Below are positions 39,796 through 55,163 of a stretch of DNA of 64,000 nucleotides, in pieces. The notes beneath the pieces were generated by a model that worked only from the letters and a program-made list of their open reading frames with translations, did no database searches and had not been told where the DNA came from. The stretch's first letter is position 1. Each line of letters begins with the position of its first letter. The translations under genes and the position numbers were made by a program. The DNA is from Octopus vulgaris (lineage: Eukaryota): assembly GCA_951406725.2 (NCBI GenBank), contig OX597820.1, positions 50,964,001 to 51,028,000 on the forward strand, written 5' to 3'.

Positions 39796-42674
39796 AAATG
39801 CACAGAATTTATATATTTGAAATATATAATACTACGACAGTTGATCGGTTTGGCGTTTCGGTAATCATAATATTTAGATTAGTGAAAATATTCACTTAAG
39901 ATGTTTTTAGTCCCTGTTGCTTGTATGGACGGTTGTTTATAAATGAATCACCATGTAGAAAACATATGAGGACAAGTAATTTATGATTGTTATGATTCTA
40001 GAGAGGGGAGGTAAATGCACATGGTGAGAGTAAATTTATTTAAACTTATGGGTTTAAATAGTAAGATAAAATATGGTAATGGCATCATGGGTAAAAATGT
40101 AAAAAAAAATCAATATTATTTAAGCGTTGTTACTCTGGTGTCGTTGGTATTTATGAATAAATATATGTTTTTATTTAATTGTTTTTGTATATTGTTCCTC
40201 CCACTGGTATATGGGAAAAACCGTAAAGTTTGGTTGGCGAATTCCTGTATTTCTCTCTGTATGTTCACTCAACAGTATTTGTATACACCTTAAGAAATGG
40301 AGTTGTTCCTCACGCAGCGTAGTTGTCCGTCTAAGTGACATCCTTGTTTGACCTTTATAGTTGTGTCCCCAACCTGAAAAAGTTATCTAAATTATGCACA
40401 AATTGTAAATCTCTGTTTTGCTTGAAATGGAATTCCGAACCTTCATATGTGTGTGTGCGTGCGTGTTCGTGTGTGTGCGCGTGTGCGTATGTGTGTGTGT
40501 GTCTGTCTGTGTGTATGTGTGTGTGTGTGTGTACTTTACATATATTTAATTTATATAGAACATCTTTGTTACAGCAATCTGATTTAAGTTTAATGCTATA
40601 AAGAATATACCGTTAATATATTTTTCCGCAATGATCGTGGCTAACAGGAGATTATGTGGGAAGAATCGATATTTGAGGGTTAACCTTTCTGCTTGCAGTG
40701 GTTAAGAATCAGCATTTTGCAACGTAAATTTATTAGCAATCTCGGCCATTTACGATCTGTTCATCTACTTTCACAAAGTAGTGGGAAAATTATTGTTTAT
40801 ATAATTAATAATTTGCGCATTTACATATGTGTTGCGCACGTGTCTTTTCATTTGTGCTTCGGATATCTGATTTCATTACCAATAATGCTTTAATTCATAG
40901 ATGTTCAAGTTTCACCATGTTGACAAGAGTTATATGTATACTGCAGGATGTGTAAAATTTATGTGAAAATTGATGTGCAAACTAAGAGCTGAGCTAGTGA
41001 TTTTAGTGTTGTTGTCACTGTGATGCCGAGTATGCTTTCTAATATGCTGAAAATTTACATGGTTGCTGTTTCAAGTAAATAGCTCACTTCCAGAATAGAC
41101 TTGGGAGCTTAATGTGGTATACTGCTTCTTTTACATTAAGTTTTAGGAATAATATAGGGAAATAATTGGACCCTGATACATAATGATTTCTCTGAAGGCA
41201 CTATGTATAGGAGATGTATTAATAGTCGTTCCGTGAAGGTCAGGTATATTTGCAGTGCCTAATTTGAGAAAAGATAATCTTGAGTAGCTCGGGAAAATGA
41301 TCTATTCCGGAACTATGCGATGTCAATGATGCGAATCGGAGGTTATTTTAAGCGAACGCACTAAATAATGATCGACAAGAAAATGTACATCGGTAATTGT
41401 AACTGAGACTTCAACAAGTCAGGTTGTAAACACGTGTCATAATTTAGGGACGCTGACTAAATAAATACAATGCAATTAGCAAAAAAAACACACACTCATA
41501 TACCTCTTCCAGCATCAAATTACCAAGAGATCAAATCTGTTCAGACGAATTTCTGAACAAAAGTAAGACAGCAACTGAAAAAATGTAAACGTCTTGTTGG
41601 CTTGTATGTCTAAACTACGATACTCTAATGCAGACTTCAATTTGCCAACTCAAACTATTTTAATACTAGCACAACACATAGAAAACGGGTCAAAATAACA
41701 CCTCAAATATAAACTCTCAACTGATATGGACACATCTATGTATGCATGCAATGTTCATTTTTTTGTATTAAATGTAGATTTCTATGCTTTATAGCGACTT
41801 CATATGCTAACTACAATAAGCAGCTTGCGTTTTCAAACTGTTACGAACCACACTGGCGGAAAAATATTCCTTTAAAAATAATTTTTGTGAAACAATATCA
41901 TAGTAGCGTTAGACATTTTGTAAATAATCTCATGATTGACAAGAAGGATGTTGTCGGCTTCATCTAAGCTGCATCCGCCTATCTACTTACCAGCATGACG
42001 CATAAAGGACGTTGTTTTAAGTAAGTTATATGAAATATTAATGATTTCAAGACAACTGGGTTTTTAATTTGCTAAACTTACTAACTTTCGAACTGTTCAG
42101 TATTTCAATGTCATCGTCGGTCTGTTTGTTTGTCTGTCGCTCTCTATCTCTCTTTTCTCTCGCTCACTCTGTCTATCTCTCTGTCTGACTACTGTTTGCC
42201 TGTCAATGTGTCTATCTACATAGGAATCTGAGTAACAGTGTTTGTGAAGCCCTGTACATCAGGTACAGGTCATTACCAACGAATGAAAATTACGTAGACA
42301 CACGAGCGATAAGTACAGGACAAAGAAGCCCTAAAATATACAATAAGAACAGGATATTACCAAAAGTAAAAAATACGTAAACACATGAGAGACAAGCGCA
42401 GGAGAAATTACCAAAAAAATGTAAACCCCCCCCCATATATATATATGCATATACATACATATAAATATTCATATATATGCGCTTACACACGTACCCGCAT
42501 ACACGTTCATACACATACACACACGTTTTATACACTTAAATATATATATATATATATATATATATAGTCCACATGTATGTGACTCAAATTGTCATTCTCT
42601 ATACGATCTTGTATTTGATTTTTGATATATTTTATCAAAAGATTTTTGCGATATCTTCAAGGATTACTAGTCTA

Positions 42675-42968
42675 TCATCATCATTATTCGACCGTGGTCG
42701 AGACAATGGAATTTACCATGCTACGCCAGACTTCACGGTCCATCATGGCATTACGGAGGTCCTGTTGTTGGATGCCTGTATCCCTGGAGATTACATCAGG
42801 ATAGGAGAGTGTGCGCCCTCTGGTATTGCGAGTACATGGCTTCCAGAGGAGAAGAGTAGAAATTGCCTCGTTTTCAGCTCTACATCAATGTCCAGCAAAC
42901 TGGACTCTCCTACCTTTCACAAGAAATGACACAGGTGGTAGTTTCCCATATATATTTGCATTTTGGTT
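42675..42968 (-). mobile_element. 5'-truncated RTE-clade LINE with 14-bp target-site duplication
   Basis: Minus peptide QIYGKLPPVSFLVKGRRVQFAGH*CRAE..LLLWKP..SYPDVISRDTG..AMMDREVWR; (TGA)n tail; TSD ggattactagtcta at 42661-42674 and 42969-42982. Confidence 0.9.
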
Positions 42969-42982
42969 GGATTACTAGTCTA

Positions 42983-43620
42983 ACGTTCACACTCGTCCGG
43001 CCAACAAGTATTTATGTTTACTTTCGTTGATAGATTGATCATGCCTCACACCTGCAACACTCAAAATATGAAATTCATGGTAAACCGCTTCCAATGTTTC
43101 TGAGGTTGATGAAACACAACTGAATATACGGAATTACCAATTGCTTCGCTGGAATTTGCTTTTGACATATTTTCCATATCAAGTGAAGTTACTCTCTTTA
43201 TTATTACAATGAGTGGAAGATTGTCTTCTGTTCATAGCGTTTTATTTTCGTGGCAGCAAAATTCATAATATTGTGTATCTTTCGAAATGCAGTAATTCTA
43301 AAAACCACCAGATGCCTCATTTCTCATGTATGCCTTCTTTCATACTACCCGTCGAAACATTTTTGCGATATTTTTGAAGTCAAGTAGTATAACTTTATTA
43401 AGGGAATGCGTTCCACATCATACTATACAGTCTCCATTCTATGCTATCACAACATATTTGGTCTCACATATTCGGTTCGTTTTCGAATTTCCATCTCTAG
43501 CTTAAGACAGCGTCTTCTAGTGTAAAATAATCTACTCTGCCGTACATGGAATAGCAACAGCAATTTTTCGCATGAGAAAAAAGCACATTTGATAAAGCGG
43601 TTTCGATTTGGTTCAATTAA
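42983..43620 (-). mobile_element. Very decayed mariner-like transposase relic, interrupted by the RTE copy
   Basis: Minus fragments DYFTLEDA (cf. GDFxLED), VYHEF (cf. GVIYYE), LVGRTSV (cf. LVNRKGV). Confidence 0.5.
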
Positions 43621-44133
43621 TGCATTCAAAGCTTCATATAAGGTTTAGAAGAATTGAGAAGATTTTAGCAGCAAAATATCGAAATAAATTTGTCTTGGCT
43701 CAGAAATTCGCTAGTAATATTGGTGCGCTTTTTGGATTTGCTTTTAACAATGTTGGCTTTGATCGCGGAAGTGGAGTAACACGAAGTGATACGCACACAC
43801 ACACACACGACACACACACACGCGCACATACGTACGTGTGTGTGTGTGTGTGTGCATATATGTTTTTGTGAGTGCGTATGGCTGTGTGGATTATGTATTC
43901 CGGCCTACAACGTATTTTACAACGTAGCACATATAAGAAAATATCTGCCAGAGAGATAGCTAGGTTGCGATAATTCTGAATAATGATAGCTGGAGAATTT
44001 ATATGTTTTATAAGTATGTAATTATGTGTTTGTGTATATATGCATGTATATGTGTAAATTTATGCATATTTGATGGAGTATATATATAGATACACACACA
44101 CACACATATATATATATACATATGTATATATAC

Positions 44134-44916
44134 AAACCGCTCACAGCCTCTAACAATATCAGAGACCTGGGTGTAATTGTTGATGACGATCTCAGTTGGA
44201 GTGCACACATCAACAAGAAGGTCGATACAGCTCGTAGGATGAGTTCCTGGATCTTAAGAACTTTCCGGTCCAGAGAACAAGGTGTCATCATACCACTTTT
44301 TTCATCCTTTGTACGGCCACACCTTGAATACTGCTGCCCACTGTGGTCTCCTCACACAAGACAAAACATCTCCAGAATTGAGTCACCCCAGAGGGCTCTC
44401 ACTAAACAAATTGAAGGCATGGCTGCTCTCGACTATTGGGATCGCCTTAAAGCCTTGAAACTTTACTCCCTCCAGCGTCGCCGTGAGCGGTACATCATTT
44501 GTACGATGTGGAAAATATACCGCCAACTTTGCTCAAACGACCTAAACATAAATTCAAGGTTCATCCGAGACTTGGACCACGGGCTATACGTCCCCTGCCA
44601 AATTCAAGATCACAACATACATGTACACTGCAACATAATTTCTTTTCCTCAACAGGCCCTGCCCTATTTAACATTGTCCCGAGGGAGATCAAAGAGGAAA
44701 AGGATCCCATCAACTTCAAACAGAGTCTGGATAGATTCCTTCAAAGAATACCAGATAAGCCACCCATAATTGGATACAACTCACCCAACAAGAACTCACT
44801 ACTTGAACAAACCCACTTGACTTAAACAGGATTCGAATAATCCTATCAGGTGGTGCTATTAAGTTAGACATGGCCTGGACCAATCTCTGGTCGAAACATA
44901 TCTAAGTTTTATCTAA

Positions 44917-44921
<5 letters not shown>
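44134..44921 (+). mobile_element. Relatively young 5'-truncated CR1-group LINE 3' end
   Basis: IRDLGVIVDDDLSWSAHI..FVRPHLEYCCPLWSP..QRALTK..YWDRLKALKLYSLQRRRERY; one frameshift near 44549; tail (atctaagtttt)x2; inserted in TA repeats. Confidence 0.92.
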
Positions 44922-45005
<84 letters not shown>

Positions 45006-45020
45006 GTTTTGTCTCTAATA

Positions 45021-45060
<40 letters not shown>

Positions 45061-45737
45061 TCTATCTATCTATCTATATATATATATATATATATACACG
45101 TATATGCGCTTGCACGTACTGGTATTTATACAACACTCACATATTTGAAGATATCCAGCGATGCTTAGAACACATTTAATTTCATTCTGGCGGGAAATAG
45201 GAGATGACTCCGAATCAGGAAAAAACGGGACTATTTTTACCCTATTTTCTGTCAACGTATTCCCCGTCATATCATTTTTTGTGTATGCAAACATGCCATA
45301 CTCAAGTGAGCCAAGACACCACGTCCCCACACACTCGCACACAAGCAGTATCACTAAAAAAAAACATTTATATGAGTGTGTGTTTATTTATGCGTACTTG
45401 TGTTTGCGTGCATATCAATGTGATTATAAGAACACGCCTATACAGTCGCAGTGATCTAGGTGCATGCATAAACATGTATCTGTTACATGTATAAATCGTT
45501 TTCATCTACGCACGTTTATATTTAAACACAGGCACACACTGATGCCACAAACGAAATGTGTGATTTTCTGTTATGCTTATGAATGTGAACACATGTCTCT
45601 GTACACCCCCTCACACATACATACAATCATATAAACATAGGTGTGTATATAAACACACACGCACATATATATATATATATACATATGTATATGTGTATGT
45701 ATATAGATATATAATATATACACTTATACATACATAC

Positions 45738-45771
<34 letters not shown>

Positions 45772-45849
45772 GTATACATATATATATATATATGTATATA
45801 CATACATATAAATATATGTATACATATATAAATATATATATACATATAA

Positions 45850-45961
<112 letters not shown>

Positions 45962-46667
45962 TCATGCGTATACACACACACGTATATGCGATATGCGTGT
46001 GTGTCTGTGTGTTTCTCTGTAACCACACAGTCAAATACAGTAGAGTTGCTGGCATTCTATTTCCTCTAATTCTCTGTTTCATTCACCTTGAAGCAGCGTT
46101 TTATCTTTGGTTTGATGAATGTTATATGAAACTTCATAAGGCTCTCATCTCTCTCTCAATAATCGCGCGGCTATCAACAACACGGGAAGCGGTGTGAGCG
46201 AGGGTTGTGTTTTTATTTCTAGCCTTTCAGCAACATATAATGCTGAATGCATAATAATGTAAATCTCGATTAAGACCATCTCGTATGTTATGAAATCTAA
46301 AGCTTCAATGAATATGGTACTACTATTCAAACACTCAAACATAATTTTACACACAAAATTTCCTTTTATACTTTGCAAAGCAATCTGACACATTGGAGAG
46401 TTCATATTATATTATTTTATCTTTATGTCGTCCTTTTATTTTATCGAATAGATTTTACCATGTAATGTAGAGTTTGCAGTGTCTTATGCTACAGTTTTAT
46501 TGTTAAATATTTTTAATAAATATTTTTAAAATATTCAAGATTAGAAGCCCTGCAGGACGCATAATTATTGTATCATTATCAATGTAAGAAATGTACAAAT
46601 ATGTGTATGTGGGGCGATGTAAGTGTATATATATATATATATATAATACACACACATTAATACACAC

Positions 46668-46726
<59 letters not shown>

Positions 46727-48232
46727 GATATATATATATATATCTATCTGTAAATATCTGTACGTACACACCCACCCACACACACACACATATATATATA
46801 TATTAGATTGGTAGATAGATAGATAGATAGATTGACTGATTGATTGATTCCTGCCTGCATGAATACATATATAATGAAAGAAATATACATATTCACATGT
46901 ATGTAACGAAAGCGACTGCAGATATACAGATAGAGAAAGAACAGAAAGAAGAGGTAGGAAATACACAGATAGCGGATGTAAAAGAATAAGTTATAGAGAT
47001 TGTGAAAGCAGGCTGAGAACAGAGTAAAAGATGTAGGCGAGAGTGAAAATACAAGAAATATTTGAGGAGGAGGAAATAGAATAAGAGAACAGTGATGAAG
47101 AATGTATGACGAGAGAGGACACAAAAATTACACTTTGTAGAAGATAAAGATAGAGAAAGATAGGTGGAGAAAATATTTACCACGAGGCAAAATGTGGGTG
47201 TTACAGAGAGTAAGGAGAAACTGAAGAGCGACATACATAGAAAATGAGACGGGAAAGCTTGGTGTGAGAAGGAAGTACATGAATACATTGGGAAAGATGG
47301 AGAGAGTGTAAATAGTTATTCTTCGTTTTCTTTCTTCTTTCTTCTCAGGATATGATGATGGTGTATCATGTTGTGCAATTTGCAAATATATGCATCATAC
47401 TAGAATTTTGCGTGTTTTCAGAAGAATATGATATCTCTCAGTCTATTTATCTTACAGTCTATCACTCTAAACCCGCCATCACCCTAAACAACTGCAAACG
47501 AGAAAATCATTTAATTACATAGATTCATTATGTTCATCTTGGTGGAACTTTTTTTTTTACATATAACGAGGATGTAACATATATGTTTAAAGTTCAAATG
47601 CAGCTGAAACGTGTTTTTGGAATATAACTACTTTCCTAGACGATAGTAAAGAGGAAAATTATATTAAATAAATAAAATATATGTAATAAAATATATTTTC
47701 GTTTGAAACTATAAACATCATTTACCTGCCTTTCTGTTTTTCAAGGCTTTGAGGTTAAATATCGCTGCATGAAACATATGGTTTCGTGATAATTCCTCCG
47801 TTGAAGAACGTAGCATAATTTTTAGCCGCATAAATTTAAAACTCTGTTTCTTATATATACAAAGCGAAATATTGACGATAAAACAGTAGATGTATATAGG
47901 CCTGTATATATAGATAGGTTGTCCAGGAATTTTGTGCGTGTTTTCTGAAAAATATTTCATTCTGGCAGAAAAAAAATACACACGAAAATTACGAATACTA
48001 ATCGATTTAAAAAATAACTCACTAGCATAAAAGCTACTAATCTTTCAATACCAATTGTTTATTAAGTAGCGTTAAGTTTCTAAAGAGAAATAGATGAACT
48101 GTCGCAATTATGAGCGTACTTTAAGATTTGACCTCTAATACCGCCGATGTCAACTTTGCTCTTCTTCCTTGGGGGTGTAATTAAAATAAATTACCAATCA
48201 AATACTATCGGTTGATCTGCTGAAAATTGGAA

Positions 48233-48283
<51 letters not shown>

Positions 48284-50533
48284 TAAAACTATTAAGATGC
48301 TCCACCATTATCTGTAAGATTTTTACAGCGCATACACGGAACACTTCTGAAAGGTTTTGTACTTTTATTCATCACCAATGAAAATATCAATTATGAAAAA
48401 CAGATGTTGGAATTAGGTACAGCTGCCAGAAGCACCAACCAAAACGATTGTGTTTCAGGCATAATCATAGAAAGACAATAATGAAGGTAATATCGCTGAC
48501 TTGGCTCATCATCACGTTATTACAATTTCATGTTCGTCATAGATATGTAAATGACTTGCCTCGCATTATATGCGACACGAAGTATATGCTAGCAAATCGA
48601 ATCGCTGAAACATGCAGTGGTTTTAAGCACAGACAATTTTGCAGAGTGGAGCGCTGCAGCGCATCGTCAAATGAATTGTCTAAGTTTTCAGATTACGTTT
48701 ATTAATGTACTGTATAAAGGTATTAGTTATTGTGAATAAATAAAATACGAGGAAGAGTTAATGATATTAATGATGGCAGATATAACTTATATCTGGCGAA
48801 GATTGATTCACCAAATACTTTGGCATTGTGCCATTTTCAAGAATATATGTTCTCTTAAATGTAAATAGAATTCGCGACAAACAACTGCTTTCTGTTAACA
48901 TCTAACCTTGAAGCATTAATCATGTCTTACGACTTCGAAGATTGCGTTTATAAATCAGGGCCGCATAAACCATGTTTATATGCACAGCGATATTTTAGGA
49001 AAGACTGCGATTCAAAAATATTCTATTAAATTATTTTCGACTAGTATATTTGCGATTTATTTAATTTTCTTTTTTTTATATAAAAGCAGTTTAACGACAT
49101 TATTTCTAAATTTAAATCATAATGAGCTACATTTGTTTAACTATTACTTAAATTGTAAGAACAGTCAGCATAAAAAGCGATTTGGTAGTCGTTGAAAGAT
49201 ACTTTTATTATATTTATATCAAGAACACCTAAAATAGAAACTATTGGTTCGTCAAAGGTTAACTGAATAATGCAAGTGGTATATGTTGAAGCTGAAAAAT
49301 CAACTGCTTCTTCATTACAAACTAAAGTGTTAGTTCCATGCAATGACATTACTATAGCTTCTTTGCTCTAATTACTTCAAAATACTGCATGTATAAACCA
49401 GATTCCCCTGTTGTGTAGTGTATGTAACTGTAGATCACAAGTTGCATTGTAATTTGCATATCTCCAGAAACATATTTTTAAGAATCTTTTCATAATAAAA
49501 CATTGTTCTTCGCAGAGAAAGTTCATATTAGTATAACATTTGTGCAACTTGGAAGTGAATCTAAGTCAACAAGAATAAATAAGAAGAAAATAAGAATCTG
49601 CAAACAATGGAAGAAAAATAGAATTCATGAGTTCCACATTAGTCACAAAAATATTACTTTCGCAATATTGGGTTCCATGACAACATGTAAAACAGTTCAA
49701 AATGGTTCGGAATAAAATTTGGGTTGGAATAATTCGACCGTCTCAACAGGTGAATCTACAAATTATAGTGTCACATTTTTATTATTAATAAATCATAAAA
49801 TTATAACAATAAAAACAAAATTATAAAGTTCTAAAATACGACATGGTAAAAATGTACAATTTTCTGAGGATGCTACGTACAAACAAACACAGAGAGACGG
49901 ACAGACAGACAGACAAACAGGGAGACAGGACACACGCACACACACACATATACACGTAGGGGTGGAGTGAGAGAGAAATAGGGGGAGAGTGCGGGGAAGA
50001 AAGAGGCAGAGATTGTATTCGGTTCAGTGGGGAATTTTAATGATGAAGATCAAATACATTTTGGAGGAAAGCGGTATGTTGCCTAGAAATCGAGAGCCGT
50101 GCTAATGAAGATATATACGGTAAAACAAAACAAAATATCAGAATTTAATATATATCCTACACTGATTTCTGATATTATATCACCTGTACATGAAACTAAG
50201 TCTATCACGAGGTTTAGTATTCGTTCCGATAAGTGTATTAAAAACAATATTGGATAATAATCTTGAAAACAAAAGGGAAATGCCACCCATAATTCTATTT
50301 CGAAAATGTTAAACATCGGAATGATTGAGCAAAAGTATGGTATCACGGATGAAAATCTTAATTAACATTAGATTATTGTAATAAAATATTGGATTATTGG
50401 ATTTTGTTATTCTTATCTTTGATCAGACCGATATTTATTGCGTCAGCGTATATTTTCCTATAACACACACACACATAGATACGTACATACAATTATATAT
50501 ATATATAACACAATTATATATATGCATACATAC

Positions 50534-50639
<106 letters not shown>

Positions 50640-50759
50640 CCGAATCATTACGCCAAATAAACAGTAGGACTTAGAAGAAAAAAGAGACAAAAATATGAAG
50701 AGAGTAGTAATTACATCAGCGATGAAAAGATATAGTGAATGAGTACAATATACAAATAC

Positions 50760-50808
<49 letters not shown>

Positions 50809-52229
50809 GGAGAACATAACTTTGTAGTCGGGTGTGAATACGAACTGAGAGCGTTGAATACCAACGTTGGAGATGTTAGAGATCACTGTGGAATTGTTTA
50901 TGGCGCTGAACGTTTACAGAAACCATAACACAAATAATCCAGCGACGGTCTACGTTTTTCGTTTGCGTGTATATATATATATATATATATATTACATATA
51001 TGCATATGTATGTCAATAAGTATGAAGAATATGTCTGTGTCTACATGTATGGTTGTATGTGTGCTAGCATGTGTACTCATAAAGGCAAAAGATATTGTGC
51101 CTGAGTGTATGTTTTTTTATGCAGTTCGCACATAAATGCAAATACGAACCACAGCATATGGATGGCATGTATGGTATTTGTTGAAAATGTTACTTATATA
51201 AACACATATATGTTACATACCAAATCCCCACCTTCAACCTCTTCTCCGAATTCATAAACCAGATAATAATCCTGGCCTCTGTATCATCAGCTATAATTTG
51301 CACAACCGAACTCCTTTTTACATATCTTGAACTTTCCTCTCGACCCACGTCACTAACTTCCTCTTACATATATATGACACCAGGCAAGATCTAAACCTGT
51401 TTTCTCATTCATCTGGACCATATTAGATTCTTTTGTGAATGAACATTAAATCACTCTACACAGTTATCCACTCAGTACTGCGTCCATCAGCATAATAATC
51501 TTTCGTTTAACTGAGTTTCTTCTTTCATTTTGATGCTGTCATTTTTCAAGAGTATTTTAAAAATATTTGTTGAATCGTTATGAGTATCAGGGTTGTCTCT
51601 AATGGAACTAGCTTGGCGTCTTCCGCGGTCGCCTTGAAGAACAATTCGTTGTCTAATTCATGGAAACGACCCCATGCCTGTATTTCCAGTATATCAAAGA
51701 CTGTCTGAATGCTACCACTCTCGTAAAAGAGCAGTGCGTTAGGCTCATTTCGTTAGGTGTGTTAGGTTCATTTCATTCCATTACTCCTTGGATTTTGCCT
51801 TCACCGGTATGTCTCTTGCTGAAAACACTACGCACCTGAACGCTTCAGACAGCTTCAAGCCAACTTACATTTCACAACTATTTCTTACCCTAATATACAT
51901 ATCATTTCTCTTCTGGCCCTGAATGCATTTAATCGGCCATAATATTCTCTCAGTTTCTTCGGTTTTGGCTACCGTGTTTCATAAATTGGGATTTCGTATC
52001 ACATATGAGAATGCTACATTTCTTCCTCAAACGATAGTACTCTGCATCTACGTGGGATCTACATTCAGGTGGACTCGCGTCACCGCTCTTCGTTGATCCA
52101 TCGTTCTATTGAAGCAAACACTCATCCAGAGCCTCGGAATTCTACATTCTCATACCATAATCACACCTCTTCTCAACTTGGAACCTTTTCTCCCTTAAGG
52201 AAAAGACCCGTCAGCACTCTCCTAGTAAG

Positions 52230-53956
52230 AAGTTTTATTGTGTCCATTTACTCTAATAAAGTATTTTTATCCCTCTATATCATGTCACTGCTTGATAAAT
52301 CTATTGCATTTGCTAATTCATATTTTGATCCAATATCAGGCAAGTGAGGAAAAGCACTATTGATCAGTAAAAGATTAGCTTGGGTAAAAATGTTGCATAG
52401 TGATGAACTATTTGATGTATCTCTGGGGTCATATGATAGTGCTGATATCTGTGATCTTGTTAGCTTATTTATATGCAACACATTGAAATATAAATACCTA
52501 GTTCATGACATTGGTTTATACCGTAACGACAGTTTGGGTATTTCCCATATGTGCATTGGTCACACGCTTAATAGATTTAGGAAGGAATTAATTTCTACCT
52601 TTAATCAATTAGTACTTAAAATAACAGTAGCTACTAATGTCTATATAGTTAATTATTTAGCTGTTTCCCTAGATTTATACTCTTCCTCATATAAAGCTTT
52701 CCATAAGCCTAATGAGAGACTCGCATATATACATAAGCAGTTTTCTCACCCTCCTGTAGTATTTAAAAATATGATAGCTAATATTAGTAACAGAGTGTCT
52801 AACCTCTCTTCGTTCAAAGAAATTTTCGAGAAAGTTTTCTCCTATTATAACAAGGCCCTAGCCAATGGTGGCTTCAAAGACAAATTAGTATATAATCCCT
52901 CCAATAATAAATATATCAACAATGGATTTGGTGCATCAAAGATAAATTACTACTTAACTCCTTTGCTATTAATCAAGATAGTAATAAACCTAAAAATAGG
53001 CCAAGGAAATCTATGTGGTTCCCTCCTCTCTTTTTTCTTAATATAAAAACTAGCATTGGTAAAATATTCCTGGCACTCCTAGACAAACACATTCCAGCCA
53101 CTCACAGATAAGGAAAATATTTTATAGGAGTTCTGTAAAATTATCATAAAGCTGCTGCCCTACGTTCTCAATGCCAAGAACTTGAATCCAATTGCAACTC
53201 TGTCGACCCAGGATCCTGTCCACTTGACCAACGCTGTGCGACTAAATTTATCAGATACGCGGCAGAAGTGACTGCAACCCTGAATAATAATACAACTGAT
53301 AAGAAGACCTATATTGTTTTGTGGGAAAGAGATTTTAAAAACTGTTATGCCAGTCACATAGCTTCCTTCCGATAAATGGACAAAAGTAAAACTATTAAAT
53401 TGGCAAGTTACATACGAACCTTGAAAGATGATGAAACCCCGCATGTGATTAAATGGAAAGTAATTGAGAAATCCATACCTTATGTGAATCGATCGAATAC
53501 ATGTAGATTTGTTTGGCTGAATTGGTACTGAACCTGTTCAAATCTAAGATCACTATCTCTCTATTGAATTGCAGGTCAGTAATTTTCAATGGTTTCATGC
53601 ATATGTATAAATATATTCTGAGGAACTGGAAAATTCCGTCTATTCATGACTGACTCTTTTACCTTTTTACTTTTTATTTTTGACATTTTCTGTTTTTCGT
53701 TTTCCGTTGTTTACTGTCTGCGTTTTCTATATGCTGCCTTCTCAGTTTTTTCGCCTTTCTTCTATTATACAATTTCTTTAGTTCGTTATGATATGTGTTT
53801 TGCGCCTGAAGAGTATCTTTGAGTTCTCTCAACATATGAAACTATTAGTAGCGCGTTGACACGTGTATTGTGACCTTAATTAAATAACCCTTATCTTTCA
53901 CCGGATGAGTTCTTTTTTTGTTGAATTTTACTCACGGGTCAGTACATTAAATATAT

Positions 53957-53960
<4 letters not shown>
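52230..53960 (+). mobile_element. Penelope-like element: RT, GIY-YIG endonuclease, 3' terminal repeat (inactivated)
   Basis: FDVSLGSYDSADICDLV, IGLYRNDSLGI (cf. GLYRDDGL), VNYLAVSLDL, YIHKQFSHPP; downstream KTYIVL..DFKNCYASHIASF..KLASYIRTLK..IKWKVIEKSIPY..CRF; followed by an HHR and (TAA)n. Confidence 0.88.
53802..53854 (+). ncRNA. Type I hammerhead ribozyme motif in the Penelope 3' terminal repeat
   Basis: gcgc-CTGAAGA(53806-12)-gtatct-ttgag-ttct-ctcaa-catat-GAAA(53838-41)-ct-att-ag-TA(53849-50)-gcgc; same strand as the RT. Confidence 0.8.
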
Positions 53961-53998
<38 letters not shown>

Positions 53999-54004
53999 TA
54001 TATA

Positions 54005-54045
<41 letters not shown>

Positions 54046-54426
54046 CAGTACGTATATACATACGCGTGTACTGAGCAAGTTGTCCATTAGAAAGAATATA
54101 GTTTTGTAGTATATTCTTCGTTATGGCCATTCAGAAAAATTGTCATCAGTTACATATATACTATTTCATTTAGCAATTTAGGTGACTCCACAAATCTGGT
54201 GGTTGGAAGCACATAGGCACGTTGCTAATGGAGTTAAGAATAAAGTCCTCGCCTGTCTGTTAGTGAGAAAATCTCTGAAAAGAATAAAATCTGTGCTGAG
54301 AAGACAAAGTATCCGTTAGCTGGGTCAATTGGTGTACGCTCTGTTGTTCACTGGTCCGCAAACGGAGACAAAAAATTGACAGAGCATTTCTCTCAATGGT
54401 ACCGATTCAAAGTTTCACTTACGCAA

Positions 54427-54468
<42 letters not shown>

Positions 54469-54487
54469 CGTGTGTGTGTATGTAAGC

Positions 54488-54526
<39 letters not shown>

Positions 54527-54786
54527 TAGGTGTGGCGCGGGCATGCGTGCATGTGTAAATAGATAAACATGAACGCTTGAAGATATGGCAGACCAAGCAT
54601 GCAGACCTCCATTCACGACGAAAAATACTTATTTCGAAAACATACACACACCTTCCTTCAAATGTTTCTCCTATTTTTAGCTATGGCAAGAATAACCTTC
54701 CCAGTTAATCCTTTATATTTCAAATGCTTGCCAACAGGGACTTTGGTCAGATCTTAAATTGTAGACCTGATGTGAAATCAAGTGAG

Positions 54787-54828
<42 letters not shown>

Positions 54829-55124
54829 ACTTCCATAAAAATACCCCCACACACACATGCGCACACACACTCACACACAAACACACACATGCATGGATAT
54901 ATACAGATATATACATGCACATATCTTGACATGCATCTATATGCATGAGAATACACATATAAAACAACGTATACAAACCTGCATCTATCTCCGTATACTC
55001 CACGCATGCATACATATATGCTCAGATAACGTGTTGATGTTTTTGTAGTTCCAACGCTGGACTCTTTGATGTAGGTCAGGAACAGACACTTATTCCATTT
55101 GTAAGAATTCTTGAAAGAAAACTA

Positions 55125-55163
<39 letters not shown>

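Noticed and set aside
49137-49720. Non-repetitive stretch with short ORFs on both strands
   Set aside because: No recognisable domain or convincing splice pair
51245-51295. Minus-strand CTGATGA followed by a ccag/ctgg hairpin
   Set aside because: No GAAA box, cleavage triplet or stem I
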